Shown here one piece after another: positions 164,223-177,998 of a stretch of 248,000 nucleotides of DNA. The notes under the pieces were generated by a model. The model saw only the letters and a program-made list of their open reading frames with translations, had not been told where the DNA came from and did no database searches. The position numbers and the translations under genes were made by a program. This DNA is from Hyalangium minutum. GTDB lineage: Bacteria > Myxococcota > Myxococcia > Myxococcales > Myxococcaceae. Each line of letters begins with the position of its first letter. Position 1 is the stretch's first letter. Where the stretch lies: NCBI RefSeq assembly GCF_000737315.1, contig NZ_JMCB01000008.1:20001-268000 (forward strand). The letters run 5' to 3'.

Positions 164223-164249
164223 TTAGCACTCGGCAGTAGCGAGTGCTAA
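164223..164249. promoter_or_regulatory. CIRCE element
   Basis: Perfect TTAGCACTC-N9-GAGTGCTAA upstream of groES. Confidence 0.96.
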
Positions 164250-164328
164250 AGCCCCCGGGCCCTCAGGCCCCTATCACCCCAGGCGCACGGCCCTCCCGGG
164301 CGCCTACTCGCTAGCAAGGAGACTGACC

Positions 164329-164619
164329 ATGAAGATTCGCCCCCTGCAGGACCGCCTCATCATCAAGCGCGTGGCTGAGGAGAACAAGACCAAGGGAGGT
164401 CTGTTCATCCCCGATACGGCCAAGGAGAAGCCGCTCGAGGGTAAGGTAGTTGCTGTCGGCAACGGCAAGGTGCTCGAGGACGGCAAGATCCGCCCGATGG
164501 ACATCAAGGCCGGCGACACCATCCTCTTCAGCAAGTACGCGGGCACCGAGATCAAGATCGACGGTGAGGATCACCTCATCCTCCGTGAGGAGGACGTGCT
164601 GGGTGTGATCGAGAAGTAA
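164329..164619 (+). CDS. groES: Co-chaperonin
   Basis: [18 protein letters not shown]. Confidence 0.98.
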   Translation: MKIRPLQDRLIIKRVAEENKTKGGLFIPDTAKEKPLEGKVVAVGNGKVLEDGKIRPMDIKAGDTILFSKYAGTEIKIDGEDHLILREEDVLGVIEK

Positions 164620-166308
<1,689 letters not shown>

Positions 166309-166345
166309 TCGCCCCCTCGCCTGGCGCCTCGCGCGCCTGGTGGGC

Positions 166346-166390
166346 ACGGCCTCCGGTTCCTTCGTGGAGCCGGGGGCCGTCTGCTTTTTC
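166346..166390 (+). terminator. Rho-independent terminator after groEL
   Basis: ACGGCCTCCGG...CCGGGGGCCGT hairpin then T tract. Confidence 0.7.
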
Positions 166391-166454
166391 GGGGAAGGTG
166401 GCGCGCCGCTGCCCTGCCTCTTAGCTTTGCTGGAAGACGAACAGGAGGACTGCC

Positions 166455-166712
166455 GTGAAGCCGGTGAAGATCTACACCACCAACTACTGTGGCTACTGCG
166501 TCCGGGCGAAGGACCTGCTCAAGCGCAAGGGCGTGAATTACGAGGAAGTGGACGTCACCGGCAACGACGACATGCGCACCCAGCTCGTGGAGATGAGCGG
166601 CGGCCAGCGCACGGTGCCGCAGATCTTCATCGGCGACACCCACGTGGGCGGCTACTCCGACTTGGCAGAGTTGGACCGCAACGGCCGCCTGGACCCGATG
166701 CTCCAAGGCTGA
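166455..166712 (+). CDS. grxC: Glutaredoxin 3
   Basis: CGYC, TVPQIFI, GG. Confidence 0.93.
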   Translation: MKPVKIYTTNYCGYCVRAKDLLKRKGVNYEEVDVTGNDDMRTQLVEMSGGQRTVPQIFIGDTHVGGYSDLAELDRNGRLDPMLQG

Positions 166713-166801
166713 GCAAGCAGACAGGCAGTCAACCCCCTCGGCACGTCTCCGGGCGTGAATAGCTTCCTGGGAAGGACAAAAACCTACCCAGGAGGAAGCA
166801 C

Positions 166802-167197
166802 ATGGCCGGTGAAGAGCGACAGACGGGGACCCGTGACGAGCACTACAACCTGATCAGCGCGCTGTACCACCTGCTCAAGGGTGCCTCGACGGCGGAGCAG
166901 TACATCCAAGACGCCCAGGAGGCAGGCGATCAGGAACTCGTGCAGTTCTTCAAGGATTGGCAGGACGAGCAGCGCAACTTCTCCGAGCGCGCCAAGAACC
167001 TGCTCAGCGGCCGGATGACCCATGCCCGCGCCGGCGTCGGAGCCGGCAAGAAGGCCGCCGGTGCCAAGCGCGAGACGCGCGAGATGAGGGACGTCACCAA
167101 CGCCAACGTGAGGTCCGGCGGCAACGCGAAGGACGACATCGTGGACGAGCAGTCCAAGGAGTCCTTCCCCGCCAGTGACTCGCCCGCGAAGTACTAG
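166802..167197 (+). CDS. Small helical hypothetical protein
   Basis: YNLISALYH; C-terminal SKESFPASD. Confidence 0.6.
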   Translation: MAGEERQTGTRDEHYNLISALYHLLKGASTAEQYIQDAQEAGDQELVQFFKDWQDEQRNFSERAKNLLSGRMTHARAGVGAGKKAAGAKRETREMRDVTNANVRSGGNAKDDIVDEQSKESFPASDSPAKY

Positions 167198-167262
167198 CCC
167201 GAGGGCTCGGCCCGCGGAGTCCTGCTGGATTCCGCGAGGCCGATGGTCTTGACTCACCGGCC

Positions 167263-168285
167263 GTGAACCGTGCCGGACCGCTTCTCGTGGGTGCCCTCCT
167301 GCTGCTGGCCCTCACGGGTGCTGCGTGCAGCTCGGGGTACAAGATTCAGCGTGATGTGCCCGCGGAGCTGTCCGCCTCCGCGGTGATGGTCTACCCCTTC
167401 CAGTTCCGGTGGCCGGAGCGCGCGTATCGCTCCTTCGAGCTGTCCCAGCGGCTCATCGACGTGGCCCTTGCCGAGGCTGGTGAGAGGGCCCTCTTCTTCG
167501 GCCCCTCCGAGTTCAAGGTCTACCGTCCGGACGACAACAACGCCTGGGCGGCCAGCACCGCCGTGCCCCTGCTGGTGCCCTACAGCGTCCGCCCCGAGCA
167601 GGCCTTGGTGCTTCGTTCCTGGGCGGAGCGCCGCGTCCAATCGGGGCAGCGCGAGCTGCTCGACGACAAGGGCCGCCCCATGGGCCAGAGCACCGTGGAG
167701 GAGACGACGTACCTGGGCCACGTGGAGGTGCTGCACCCCTCGACTCAGCGCCGGGTGCTGGAGATCTCCGGCGAAGTCCAAGCAGATCCCTTCGCCGAGC
167801 GCACGGATGACGGCGCGGATCCGGCGCCCGAGCTCACCGTCCTCATGGAGAAGCTCACCCGGCAGGCGCTGCAGGCCCTGAAGGAGCACCTGCACGCTCC
167901 CCGAGCGCCCTCCCCTGCCCCCGCCACGGTGGCGAGCATCCCCTGGCAGGCCTTCGAATATGCAGACGAGGGGCGCCCGGCCCACGTGGGGGCGCTGGCA
168001 TCGATGGATCCGCTGGATGCCGAGTTACTCCGCCAGCAGCGCTTGCGTTTCGCCAATCCTGGAGTGGAAACACCCGTGCTGGATCGCCTGGCCCGGCTCC
168101 CCGCCGGACTGTACGTCCTGTCCTCACCCGAGGGCGGAAAGCTGTCCGTAGGGGACCTCTTGCTGCAGGTTGATGGCCAGCCCGCCCTCCCCCAGGTGTT
168201 GGCTCGGACACGGCTGGCGCCCACCCCTGCCCAGATTCAGATCCGTCGAGCAGCGGGGGGAACCTTCCAGATTCTCCTGCCCTGA
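167263..168285 (+). CDS. Hypothetical lipoprotein
   Basis: AAC lipobox; PDZ-like end. Confidence 0.55.
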   Translation: MNRAGPLLVGALLLLALTGAACSSGYKIQRDVPAELSASAVMVYPFQFRWPERAYRSFELSQRLIDVALAEAGERALFFGPSEFKVYRPDDNNAWAASTAVPLLVPYSVRPEQALVLRSWAERRVQSGQRELLDDKGRPMGQSTVEETTYLGHVEVLHPSTQRRVLEISGEVQADPFAERTDDGADPAPELTVLMEKLTRQALQALKEHLHAPRAPSPAPATVASIPWQAFEYADEGRPAHVGALASMDPLDAELLRQQRLRFANPGVETPVLDRLARLPAGLYVLSSPEGGKLSVGDLLLQVDGQPALPQVLARTRLAPTPAQIQIRRAAGGTFQILLP

Positions 168286-168383
168286 GTTTGTTTGTCTTGC
168301 CCCCCACGTCCAAACGCCCATAAACAGGGCCCCTCCAGAGCAAGACGGGCTGCTGTGGGCGGCCCGAGTCGAAGGCGAGCACC

Positions 168384-169772
<1,389 letters not shown>

Positions 169773-169804
169773 GCCCACACACCGCCACACTGAGGGGAGT
169801 ACAC

Positions 169805-170992
169805 ATGTTGCGCCGTCTCGCCATTGGAGCTGTCCTCGTCACCGCCGCCTGTGCCGGCCAGCAGAAGCAGGAGGCCGCCGCCGCTGCCGCCGCCACGGTG
169901 CAGGAGCGCATGCGCATTACCAACCAGCCCGTGTTCGACGTGGCCGTATGCCACCCGCGCGCGCTGGAGCTGCCCCAACCGCCGAACCAGGGCATCCTGG
170001 TGGGCGCGCTCGTGTCCACGCGCTCGCAGGTGATGGAGTGCCTGGTGGACCCGAAGGACCGCGGCCCCGCCACCACCACCAAGGTCACCATCAAGACCAC
170101 GGTGAACGACCAGGCCGCCACCCACACCGTCACCGGGGAGAACCTGACGCCCGAGGGCCAGGCGTGCGTGCAGAACGTGGTGAACAAGGCGGTGCCGGTG
170201 CAGCCGCTGGCCAAGGGCGGCACGCCGGTGGAGGCCGAGGCCTCCTTCATCCACGAGCTGAACAACAGCCCGGCGGTCTCCTTCGGCGTCAACGAGGGCT
170301 CGGACTTCTCGGGCGAGGTGCGCCTGGCCCAGCCACAGTGGTGCGACTGCTACGCGGCCTTCGCCACCCAGGCGCCTCCGGTGCTGACGGCGAAGATCAC
170401 CCTGAAGAAGGCCTCCCCGACGGCGGCGGATGTGACGTTCGAGCCGAGCGGCAACACCGAGGGCGACCAGCTGGCGGCCTGCCTGAAGCAGAAGATTCTG
170501 ACGCTGCCGGCGAAGGTGAGCTCGGACGAGCTGAGCTTCCCGCACCGCTTCGTGCACTTCCACGCGCAGGCCACGGAGCCGGCGGCCAACCTGCCGCCCG
170601 AGCTGCGCTTCTACCAGCTGGAGCTGGTGCGCGGTCAGCGCGCGGCGGACTCGGCGATTGCCTTCGGCCAGCGCGCCAACGCAGCCGAGGCGTATGACGC
170701 CATCGTCGCCAAGTACCAGAAGTCGAAGGACTGGAAGCTGGTGCCCGAGCTGAAGGAGAAGTGCGCGGCGCTGGTGAAGTCGGCGGACGGCTGGATCAGC
170801 GCCATCGAGGCGCAGCAGGCGGCGGAGCAGGCCACGGTGACGCTGGTGCAGGAGCTGAAGGCCAAGGACGAGGGCTGGACCGCGGTGGAGGCCAAGAGCC
170901 AGGAGGCGCTGACGGCCACCCAGAAGGACCTGGAGACGGCCAAGCAGCGCCGCCAGGCCGACGAGGGCGCCTGCCCCAAGGAGCGCAAGTAG
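169805..170992 (+). CDS. Lipoprotein (possible TonB-C-like domains)
   Basis: TAAC lipobox. Confidence 0.55.
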   Translation: MLRRLAIGAVLVTAACAGQQKQEAAAAAAATVQERMRITNQPVFDVAVCHPRALELPQPPNQGILVGALVSTRSQVMECLVDPKDRGPATTTKVTIKTTVNDQAATHTVTGENLTPEGQACVQNVVNKAVPVQPLAKGGTPVEAEASFIHELNNSPAVSFGVNEGSDFSGEVRLAQPQWCDCYAAFATQAPPVLTAKITLKKASPTAADVTFEPSGNTEGDQLAACLKQKILTLPAKVSSDELSFPHRFVHFHAQATEPAANLPPELRFYQLELVRGQRAADSAIAFGQRANAAEAYDAIVAKYQKSKDWKLVPELKEKCAALVKSADGWISAIEAQQAAEQATVTLVQELKAKDEGWTAVEAKSQEALTATQKDLETAKQRRQADEGACPKERK

Positions 170993-171048
170993 CCGCTCGG
171001 AAGTGAAAGAGGCCCCCGCCACAAGCTGCCGGAGGCCTCGAAACGGAG

Positions 171049-171085
171049 AAGGCGCGGGACCCATTCAGGGGCCCGCGCCTTTTTC
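171049..171085. terminator. Terminator hairpin between convergent genes
   Basis: AAGGCGCGGG...CCCGCGCCTTTTT. Confidence 0.7.
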
Positions 171086-171103
171086 GTGGCACAGCGAGGG
171101 AAA

Positions 171104-174100
171104 TCAGGCGGCGGTGACGTTGTCGTTGGCCGCGGTGGCCTCGCGGATCTTCACGCTCACCAGCTTGGAGATGCCGGGCTCCTCCATCGTCACGCCGTAC
171201 AGCGTGTCAGCCACCTCCATGGTCCGCTTGTTGTGGGTGATGAGGATGAACTGCGACTGGCGGCTCATCTCCTTCACCATCTCGTTGTAGCGGCCCACGT
171301 TGCCCTCATCCAGCGGCGCGTCGACCTCGTCCAGGAGGCAGAACGGCGTCGGCTTGATGAGGAAGATGCCGAAGATGAGCGCCACGGCCGTGAGCGCCTT
171401 CTCGCCACCCGACAGCAGGTTCACGCTCTGCAGCTTCTTGCCCGGCGGCTGAGCGACGATTTCCACGCCCTGCTCGGCGCCCGGGCCCTCGTTGGTGAGC
171501 ACCAGGCTGGCGCGCCCACCGCCGAACAGCCGCGGGAACACCGCCTGGAACTTCTCGTTCACCACGTCGAACGTCTGCTTGAAGCGCTCGCGGCTCGTGG
171601 AGTCGATGCGGGAGATGGCCTCCTTGAGATGCTCCAGCGTCGCCATCAGGTCCTTCTTCTGATTCGCCAGGAAGTCGAAGCGCTTGGTCAGCTCCGCGTG
171701 CTCCTCGATGGCCGTGAGGTTGATCTCCCCCATCTTCTCCACCTGGGCCCGCAGCTCCTTCAGCTCCTCCTGGACCTCGGGTGCCAGCGGCGCCAGCAGG
171801 TGGTAGCGGTGCAGCTCCAGCTCCAGCTCCACCTGGTGCCGCTCGCGGATGCCCGCGCCCAGGTGCTCCAGTTCCAGCGCAATCTCGCGCTCCTTCAGCG
171901 AGATCTGCGACAAGCCCTGCATCAGCTCGTCCAGCCGGCCACGCAGCTCGCGGAACACCGTGTCCTGCTCACGCACCTCGGTAGAGGCCGCAGCGTGCCC
172001 GGTACGGCGGCCCTCGAGCGTCTCCGCCGCCTGGCGGTGCTCCTCGGACCGCTTCCCACGCCCGCCCTCCGTCTCCTCGATCTTCCGCGTCAGCTCGTCC
172101 GTGCGAGCCGTCCCCTCGCCCACCGTCGCCCGGAGGCGGTAGATGCGCTCCTCCATCTCCTTGCGCTGGGAGATGAGGCTCTCCAGCTCCTTGCGCGCCG
172201 ACTCGCCGCGCTCGCTGCCCGCGGCCACCTTGATGCGCAGGCCCATCAGCTCCGCGGACGCCGTGTCCGAGCGCTGCTTCAGCGACTCCAGCTCGGCCGA
172301 CAGCTGCCGCACGCGCTCCTCGCGGCCCTCGCGATCCGCCTGCCCGTGAGCCACCTCGCCCCGGCTGTTCTCCTCCTCGTGCACCAGCGCCCCGTGTGAG
172401 TGCGCCAGCTGCGTCTCGTCCGCCTCCACCGCCGTGAGCCGCTCGCGCACCCGGGCCAGGTCCTCGCTGGCCTTGTGCAGATCCTTCTCCTGGTTGGCCA
172501 GGTTCAGCTCCTCGGCGTGCTGGTTCTTCGCCAGCCCCTTGAGCACGTTCTCCGCCTGGCCCATCTGCTTCTGGAGCGTGTAGTGCCGGGTGAGGATCTC
172601 GTTGTAGCGCTCCTCCACCTGGGCCACCTGGGCGCTCAGCTCGGCGATCTCGCGCTTCTTCTGCAGCGCGCCCACGGCCGCGCCCTCGCGCTCACCGCCC
172701 GTGAGCGTGCCGTCCGCGCGCACCACCTCGCCCTCCAGCGTGACGAGCGTGCACTGCGGGCCGCCCGCCGCCGCGTACGCTCGCGCGGACTCCAGATCCT
172801 GGACGATGACCACGTCGCCCAGGAGCAGCCGAACCACCGGCTGGAGCGCCTCCTCGTACTTCACCTCGGCGTAGGCGCTGCCCAGCACGCCGGGCCGGCT
172901 GAAGTCCGGCTCCACCACGGCCGCATCGAGGCGCGGCACCGGCAGGAAGCTGCCCCGGCCCTCCGAGGCCGTCCGCAGGTACTCCACCAGCTCGAAGCCC
173001 TTGTCCGGGCTCTCGACGATGACGTGCTGGAGCCGCTCGCCCAGCGCCGCCTCCACCGCCCGCTCGAAGCGCGGCGGAGCCGTGAGCACGTCCGCCACCA
173101 GGCCGAAGATGCCCTGCTCGCGGAACTGCTGCCCTGCGCGCATCATCACCGCGCGCACGCCGCGATCGAAGCCCTCGTAGTTCTTCTGCAGTTCCTCCAG
173201 CGAAGCCATGCGGCTGCGCTTGTCGGCCAGCTCCTCACGGAGGCTGATGACGTGGAGCTCGCTCTCGGTGAACTCGGCCCGGGTGCGCGCCAGCGCCTCC
173301 TCCTCGTGCGTCTTGCGCTCGGCCAGCTCCAGCGCGTTGTGGCGGCTCTCCTCCACCTGCTGCAGCACCGTGGAGCGGCTGCGCTCCAGCTCCTGCTCCT
173401 GGGCGCGCAGGGTCTCGGCCTCCGCGCGGATCTTCTCGCGGCGGGCCTCCAGGTCCGTGCGCTGCCGGGCCAGGTTCACCAGGTTGGACTCGTGGTTGGC
173501 CAGACGCGCCGCCACGGCCACCAGGGCGGCCCGCTCCTGCTCCAGCCGCATCCCCACTTCCGTCTGCAGCTGAGTGGTCCGGCGCAGCTCCTCCTGCGCC
173601 ACCTGCATCGCAACCTCGTCCTCCTTCCACGACCCGGCGATGCCCGACAGCTCCGCCTCGCGGGCGGCCATGGTGTCGGCCACCTCCGCCTGGCGGGCCA
173701 GCAGCGCGTTCAGCTCGCCCTCGGCCTGGTGGACGCGGGTGCTCGTCTCCTCGAGGTCCTTGCGCCAGTAGGCCAGGTCCTGGTCATCGCGCTGCACCGC
173801 GCGCTCCAGGGCGTGGACCTCGCTGGCCAGCTTCTGGAGGGCCTCGGCCTCGGCGTCCAGCCCGGCGCGGCGCTGGGTGATGCCCTCCTCCAGCTCGCGC
173901 ACCCGGTCGATGTTCTCGCGCTCCTCGGAGCTCAGGCTCTCCAGGCGCAGCTGGAGCACCTTCTTCTCCGACTGCAGCTCCAGGTAGCGGTGCGAGGCGG
174001 CGTGCAGGTCAATCTCCCGCATGCGCGACTTGAGCTTCTTGTACTTCTCGGCCTTCTTCGCCTGCCGGGACAGCGTGTCGAGCCGCTTCTCCAGCTCGTT

Positions 174101-174697
174101 GGTGATGTCCGTGACGCGCAGGAGGTTGGCCTCGGTGGCCTCCATCTTGCGCTCGGCCGCCTTGCGCCGGGTCTTGTACTTCGTAATCCCGGCGGCCTCC
174201 TCGATGATGCTGCGGCGGTCCTCCGGCTTGCTGGAGACGATGAGGCCCACGCGGCCCTGCTCGATGATGGAGTAGGCCTTGGTGCCCACGCCGGTGCCCA
174301 GCAGCATCTCCGTAATATCGAGCAGGCGGCAGGTGGTCTTGTTGATGAGGTACTCGGACTCGCCGTTGCGGAACAGGCGCCGGGTGACGGTGATCTCCGG
174401 GAAGCCCTGATACTGGGGCGCGAGCTGATCCGCCTCCTCAATGGTGAAGGTGAGGGACACCTCGGCCATGGAGAGCGGCGGCTTGTTCTCCGAGCCGTTG
174501 AAGATGACGTCCTCCATGCCGCGGCCACGGAGGTTCTTGGCGCTTTGCTCGCCCATGGCCCAGCGGATGGCGTCCACCACGTTGGACTTGCCGCAGCCGT
174601 TGGGGCCAACGATGCCGGTGACACCGTCATCGAAGCTGAAGACGCTGCGCTCCATGAAAGACTTGAAGCCGGTAATGTCCAGGCGCTTGATTCGCAT
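171104..174697 (-). CDS. smc: Chromosome segregation protein
   Basis: GPNGCGKS, hinge, LSGGE, LDEVD. Confidence 0.97.
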   Translation of the reverse strand: MRIKRLDITGFKSFMERSVFSFDDGVTGIVGPNGCGKSNVVDAIRWAMGEQSAKNLRGRGMEDVIFNGSENKPPLSMAEVSLTFTIEEADQLAPQYQGFPEITVTRRLFRNGESEYLINKTTCRLLDITEMLLGTGVGTKAYSIIEQGRVGLIVSSKPEDRRSIIEEAAGITKYKTRRKAAERKMEATEANLLRVTDITNELEKRLDTLSRQAKKAEKYKKLKSRMREIDLHAASHRYLELQSEKKVLQLRLESLSSEERENIDRVRELEEGITQRRAGLDAEAEALQKLASEVHALERAVQRDDQDLAYWRKDLEETSTRVHQAEGELNALLARQAEVADTMAAREAELSGIAGSWKEDEVAMQVAQEELRRTTQLQTEVGMRLEQERAALVAVAARLANHESNLVNLARQRTDLEARREKIRAEAETLRAQEQELERSRSTVLQQVEESRHNALELAERKTHEEEALARTRAEFTESELHVISLREELADKRSRMASLEELQKNYEGFDRGVRAVMMRAGQQFREQGIFGLVADVLTAPPRFERAVEAALGERLQHVIVESPDKGFELVEYLRTASEGRGSFLPVPRLDAAVVEPDFSRPGVLGSAYAEVKYEEALQPVVRLLLGDVVIVQDLESARAYAAAGGPQCTLVTLEGEVVRADGTLTGGEREGAAVGALQKKREIAELSAQVAQVEERYNEILTRHYTLQKQMGQAENVLKGLAKNQHAEELNLANQEKDLHKASEDLARVRERLTAVEADETQLAHSHGALVHEEENSRGEVAHGQADREGREERVRQLSAELESLKQRSDTASAELMGLRIKVAAGSERGESARKELESLISQRKEMEERIYRLRATVGEGTARTDELTRKIEETEGGRGKRSEEHRQAAETLEGRRTGHAAASTEVREQDTVFRELRGRLDELMQGLSQISLKEREIALELEHLGAGIRERHQVELELELHRYHLLAPLAPEVQEELKELRAQVEKMGEINLTAIEEHAELTKRFDFLANQKKDLMATLEHLKEAISRIDSTSRERFKQTFDVVNEKFQAVFPRLFGGGRASLVLTNEGPGAEQGVEIVAQPPGKKLQSVNLLSGGEKALTAVALIFGIFLIKPTPFCLLDEVDAPLDEGNVGRYNEMVKEMSRQSQFILITHNKRTMEVADTLYGVTMEEPGISKLVSVKIREATAANDNVTAA

Positions 174698-175014
174698 CCC
174701 GTGGGGCTCCTGTGGGCTTGGTGCGCGTGAGGTGGGAAATCGCTCCAAGGCCGAAAAATCGGCCCCGGAATGTGGTCAGAAGTACCAGTCACAGGTGGCC
174801 AGATCAAGCGTGACCATGCACCGTGTGACCCTACATTTCGAAAGGTGCCCTGTACCGGCGGTGATCAGCGGAGCGTGCAGGTAAGGGGTTGAAAAGTGAG
174901 AGATGCACCCTACCTTTCCGGTGATCTTTCTGGAGGAAGCCTACGTTCGCGCCCTTTCTCGCCTTCTCGGTCCTCGTTGGAGCGACTCCTGCAGGTCTAC
175001 CCGACCGGTCTGAC

Positions 175015-175689
175015 ATGCCTGTAGCGGAGGGGGCCTGTCCGAACCCGTTCTTCCCTCTGGAGGAGGGGCTGAAGCTGACCTACCGGGCGGGATCCTCGGA
175101 GTTGACGATCTCGACCCGGGGGGTGACGTCCACCTCGGAGGGCCTCAAGGGACTCCTGGCGGTGGATCTGAAGGGCCGGAGTGGGGAGACGGAGGCCTTC
175201 TGTACCTCGGAGGGGGTACGCACGGGGCTTGGCGGCCTGGAGGGGACGCTGCTGTCAGCCTCGGGGATGAAGGTGGAGGTGGTCTCCGCCGAGGGAGTGG
175301 CCGTGCCGCCCGCCGCGCGCATGGTCCCTGGCTCGTCCTGGAAGAACTCTCTGTCGGTGAAGCTGCAGCCGCCGGAGGGCTCGAAGATGCCGGCCGGGAT
175401 GGTGCTCGCCAGCACGTTCGATAAGGAGGCGACCGTCCTCGGGGAGGAGGAAGTCACTGTCGGGGCGGGCACCTTCAAGGCGCTGAAGGTGAAGAACCTG
175501 ACAACGGCGCGGGCCAGCCGTGCCGGGGCTCAGGGGCGGTCCATCGAGAGCTTCATCTGGTTCGCGCCGGGGGTGGGCATCATCAAGGTGGCCACGGGCA
175601 ACAACACGGACCTGGAGCTGCTCAAGGTGGACCGGCCCGTGGCGGTGCAGAAGGCCCCGGCCAAGGCGAAGAAAAGCACGAAGCTCTGA
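175015..175689 (+). CDS. Hypothetical protein
   Basis: V.AGTF, WFAPGVG.IK tail. Confidence 0.55.
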   Translation: MPVAEGACPNPFFPLEEGLKLTYRAGSSELTISTRGVTSTSEGLKGLLAVDLKGRSGETEAFCTSEGVRTGLGGLEGTLLSASGMKVEVVSAEGVAVPPAARMVPGSSWKNSLSVKLQPPEGSKMPAGMVLASTFDKEATVLGEEEVTVGAGTFKALKVKNLTTARASRAGAQGRSIESFIWFAPGVGIIKVATGNNTDLELLKVDRPVAVQKAPAKAKKSTKL

Positions 175690-175749
175690 ACCCTTGGCGC
175701 AAGCCTTGTGGCCGTAGCTTGATAGCTCCCCCGGATCGGAGGGAGCTCG

Positions 175750-177087
175750 ATGACGCTTCGCCATGCCATGGCAGCGGTGCTTGCGCTGCTCATGGCCGCT
175801 TGCAGCCCACAGCCCAAGGTGGTGCGGTTAATAAGCGGCCAGGGCGCCCCCGTTGTGCACGTTGCGCGTGCAGGCGTGGAGCCCGTGCAGGTGGACGACG
175901 ACAGCTTCGAGCAGGCGCTGGTCGAACATGGCCGAAGCATTCAGCCCTTCTCGGTGCCGCTCATGGAGGCACGCCGGTTATGGCGGGGGCCCCCTCCCGC
176001 AGAGCCCTATGCCCATGTGAGAGGACGCCTGGGCCTCGTGTCAGTCGGGTCAGCCCCCGAGGCCCCGCGAGTGCACCTGCTGCCTGAGTTGGCTCCTGCC
176101 GCAGCAGAGCTCAAGCGCTGCTACCTGCAGTGGTGCGGCCGCACTTGGGGTGAGGGGGACTGCCTGCGCCTGCTGGTGGACAAGCCCGAGTTGGACAACG
176201 ACGGCAAGTACACGCTGGCCATGGCCATCGCCCAGCGCCACGTGCTCGGTGAAATGAAGGACGCCTTCGGAGAGATGGTCAACCCGGTGGCGGTGTACGC
176301 GTCCATCACGAGCGCGATGACCGTGTACCTGCTCTTGTGGACGCTGCCCGAGCCGGTCTCCAAGGGACTCGCCGCGACCATGACGGTGGCGCTCATGGCC
176401 TACCTCGGCGTGGACACGGTGTGGCGGCTGATTGACGGATGGTTGGTGGTGGTCCGTGAGGTGGATCGAGCCACCACCTTCGAGGAGATCGAGGTGGCTG
176501 GAACGAAGTACGGCAAGACGATGGGCAGAACGGCCGCCAAGGCCTTCGTCATGCTGGCCACGGTGGCCGTGGGAAACACGGCCGCTGGCATGGCGTCGAG
176601 GCTGCCCACACTGCCTGGTGCGGGGCCAGCTGCCGTGCTCGCCGAAACGCAGCTGAATCTCCGGTATGCAGCGGCGGCCTCCCAGGTCGAAGCAGTCACC
176701 GTGTCGGCGGAAGGAGCCACCCTCACGCTGGCACCCGGCGCAGTGGCCATGGCAGCTCGAGGCGCCGGGAGCAGAAACAACAGCGTCTACCGCTCAGTGA
176801 GCCCCCAAGGGCAAGTCCAGTACGTGGGCATCACCAATAATGTCGCCAGACGCGCTGTCGAGCACCTCCGACAAAATGGATTCGATATCGATAAGTTGCT
176901 GGGCAATCTCTCCCGGGAGGATGCACGAGCGGTCGAGCAGGCCCTCATTGAAATCCACGGCCTTGGAAAGAACGGAGGAACGCTCTTGAACCGCATCAAC
177001 AGCATCGCGCGTACCCGTCCTGACTTCGCCGCGCTGTTGCGCAGAGGGCAGGAACTGTTGAACTCCATTGGGTACCGGGTGGAATGA
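175750..177087 (+). CDS. SitA5-like lipoprotein toxin with GIY-YIG-like C-terminus
   Basis: MAAC lipobox; YLQWC...GDCL; VY...YVGIT..RR..EH. Confidence 0.72.
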   Translation: MTLRHAMAAVLALLMAACSPQPKVVRLISGQGAPVVHVARAGVEPVQVDDDSFEQALVEHGRSIQPFSVPLMEARRLWRGPPPAEPYAHVRGRLGLVSVGSAPEAPRVHLLPELAPAAAELKRCYLQWCGRTWGEGDCLRLLVDKPELDNDGKYTLAMAIAQRHVLGEMKDAFGEMVNPVAVYASITSAMTVYLLLWTLPEPVSKGLAATMTVALMAYLGVDTVWRLIDGWLVVVREVDRATTFEEIEVAGTKYGKTMGRTAAKAFVMLATVAVGNTAAGMASRLPTLPGAGPAAVLAETQLNLRYAAAASQVEAVTVSAEGATLTLAPGAVAMAARGAGSRNNSVYRSVSPQGQVQYVGITNNVARRAVEHLRQNGFDIDKLLGNLSREDARAVEQALIEIHGLGKNGGTLLNRINSIARTRPDFAALLRRGQELLNSIGYRVE

Positions 177088-177870
177088 ATGGGCTCGCCAC
177101 GAAAGCGCGTGCGGATGGGAGACCTTCTGGAGGTCAGCACTCCTCGGGGTCTCGCCTATGTGCAGTACGTCGGGAAGCATCCGGAATATGGCCACGCCAT
177201 CCGAGTCCTTCCAGGCTTCTTCCAGGCACGGCCTCAGGACTGGACCTCGTTGGCATCCCAACCAGGCTACTTCACCTTCTATCCTGTCAGCGCCGCTGTT
177301 TCGCAGGGGTTGGTCGCCATTGCCGCCCATCATCCGATCCCTTCGGGGCAGGAGTTGCCGACCATGTTCCGTCGACGCGGCGCGATTGCTCCAGACGGAA
177401 CGGTCCTGACGTGGCTCATCTTCGGCCATGGACCCGAGACGCTTCGAACAACGCTGAGCCCAGAGGAAAAGCGCCTCTCCATCGCCTCGATCTGGAACCA
177501 CGCGTTTCTGGTGGGTCGTCTTGTAGAAGAGTGGCGTCCGGACAAGGGGCCTCGCGCGGCTGAGTTCTCGCAGGTTCAGCACGTCCAGAGCGAGCCAGAG
177601 AATTCTCCAGCGTCACCTGAGCCAGAGAGCCCCCGCCGCATGGCGCATTACCTCTATTTTCCATCAGCCAAGGCAGGCAAGCCGGTCGCCACCGAGCTTC
177701 GGAAGCGCGGCTTCGAGATAGAGAGCCGCCGCAGCGGAGACGAACAGCACTGGCTTGTGCTCGCTACGCACAGTGTCGCAGGGGAGAACGCCGAGCACAC
177801 TCGCGATGAGCTTGAGCAGTTGGCGGAGCAGCACGGTGGCACTTATGACGGCTCTGAGGTTGCCACCTGA
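177088..177870 (+). CDS. Immunity protein (Imm26-like plus RraB-like)
   Basis: GDLLEV..GLAYVQY; HYLYF...GGTYDG. Confidence 0.65.
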   Translation: MGSPRKRVRMGDLLEVSTPRGLAYVQYVGKHPEYGHAIRVLPGFFQARPQDWTSLASQPGYFTFYPVSAAVSQGLVAIAAHHPIPSGQELPTMFRRRGAIAPDGTVLTWLIFGHGPETLRTTLSPEEKRLSIASIWNHAFLVGRLVEEWRPDKGPRAAEFSQVQHVQSEPENSPASPEPESPRRMAHYLYFPSAKAGKPVATELRKRGFEIESRRSGDEQHWLVLATHSVAGENAEHTRDELEQLAEQHGGTYDGSEVAT

Positions 177871-177998
177871 AGTCCTTCCGGTGACGCCCCCGTTACAAGA
177901 GTTCGTCGAGACGAAACCCATCAGAGCGGGTGCGTTCGGCCCTACCTGTGCAGTAGCATGACCGCCGTGCTCGCGACGGAGAGTCGCGAGGAGGCACC

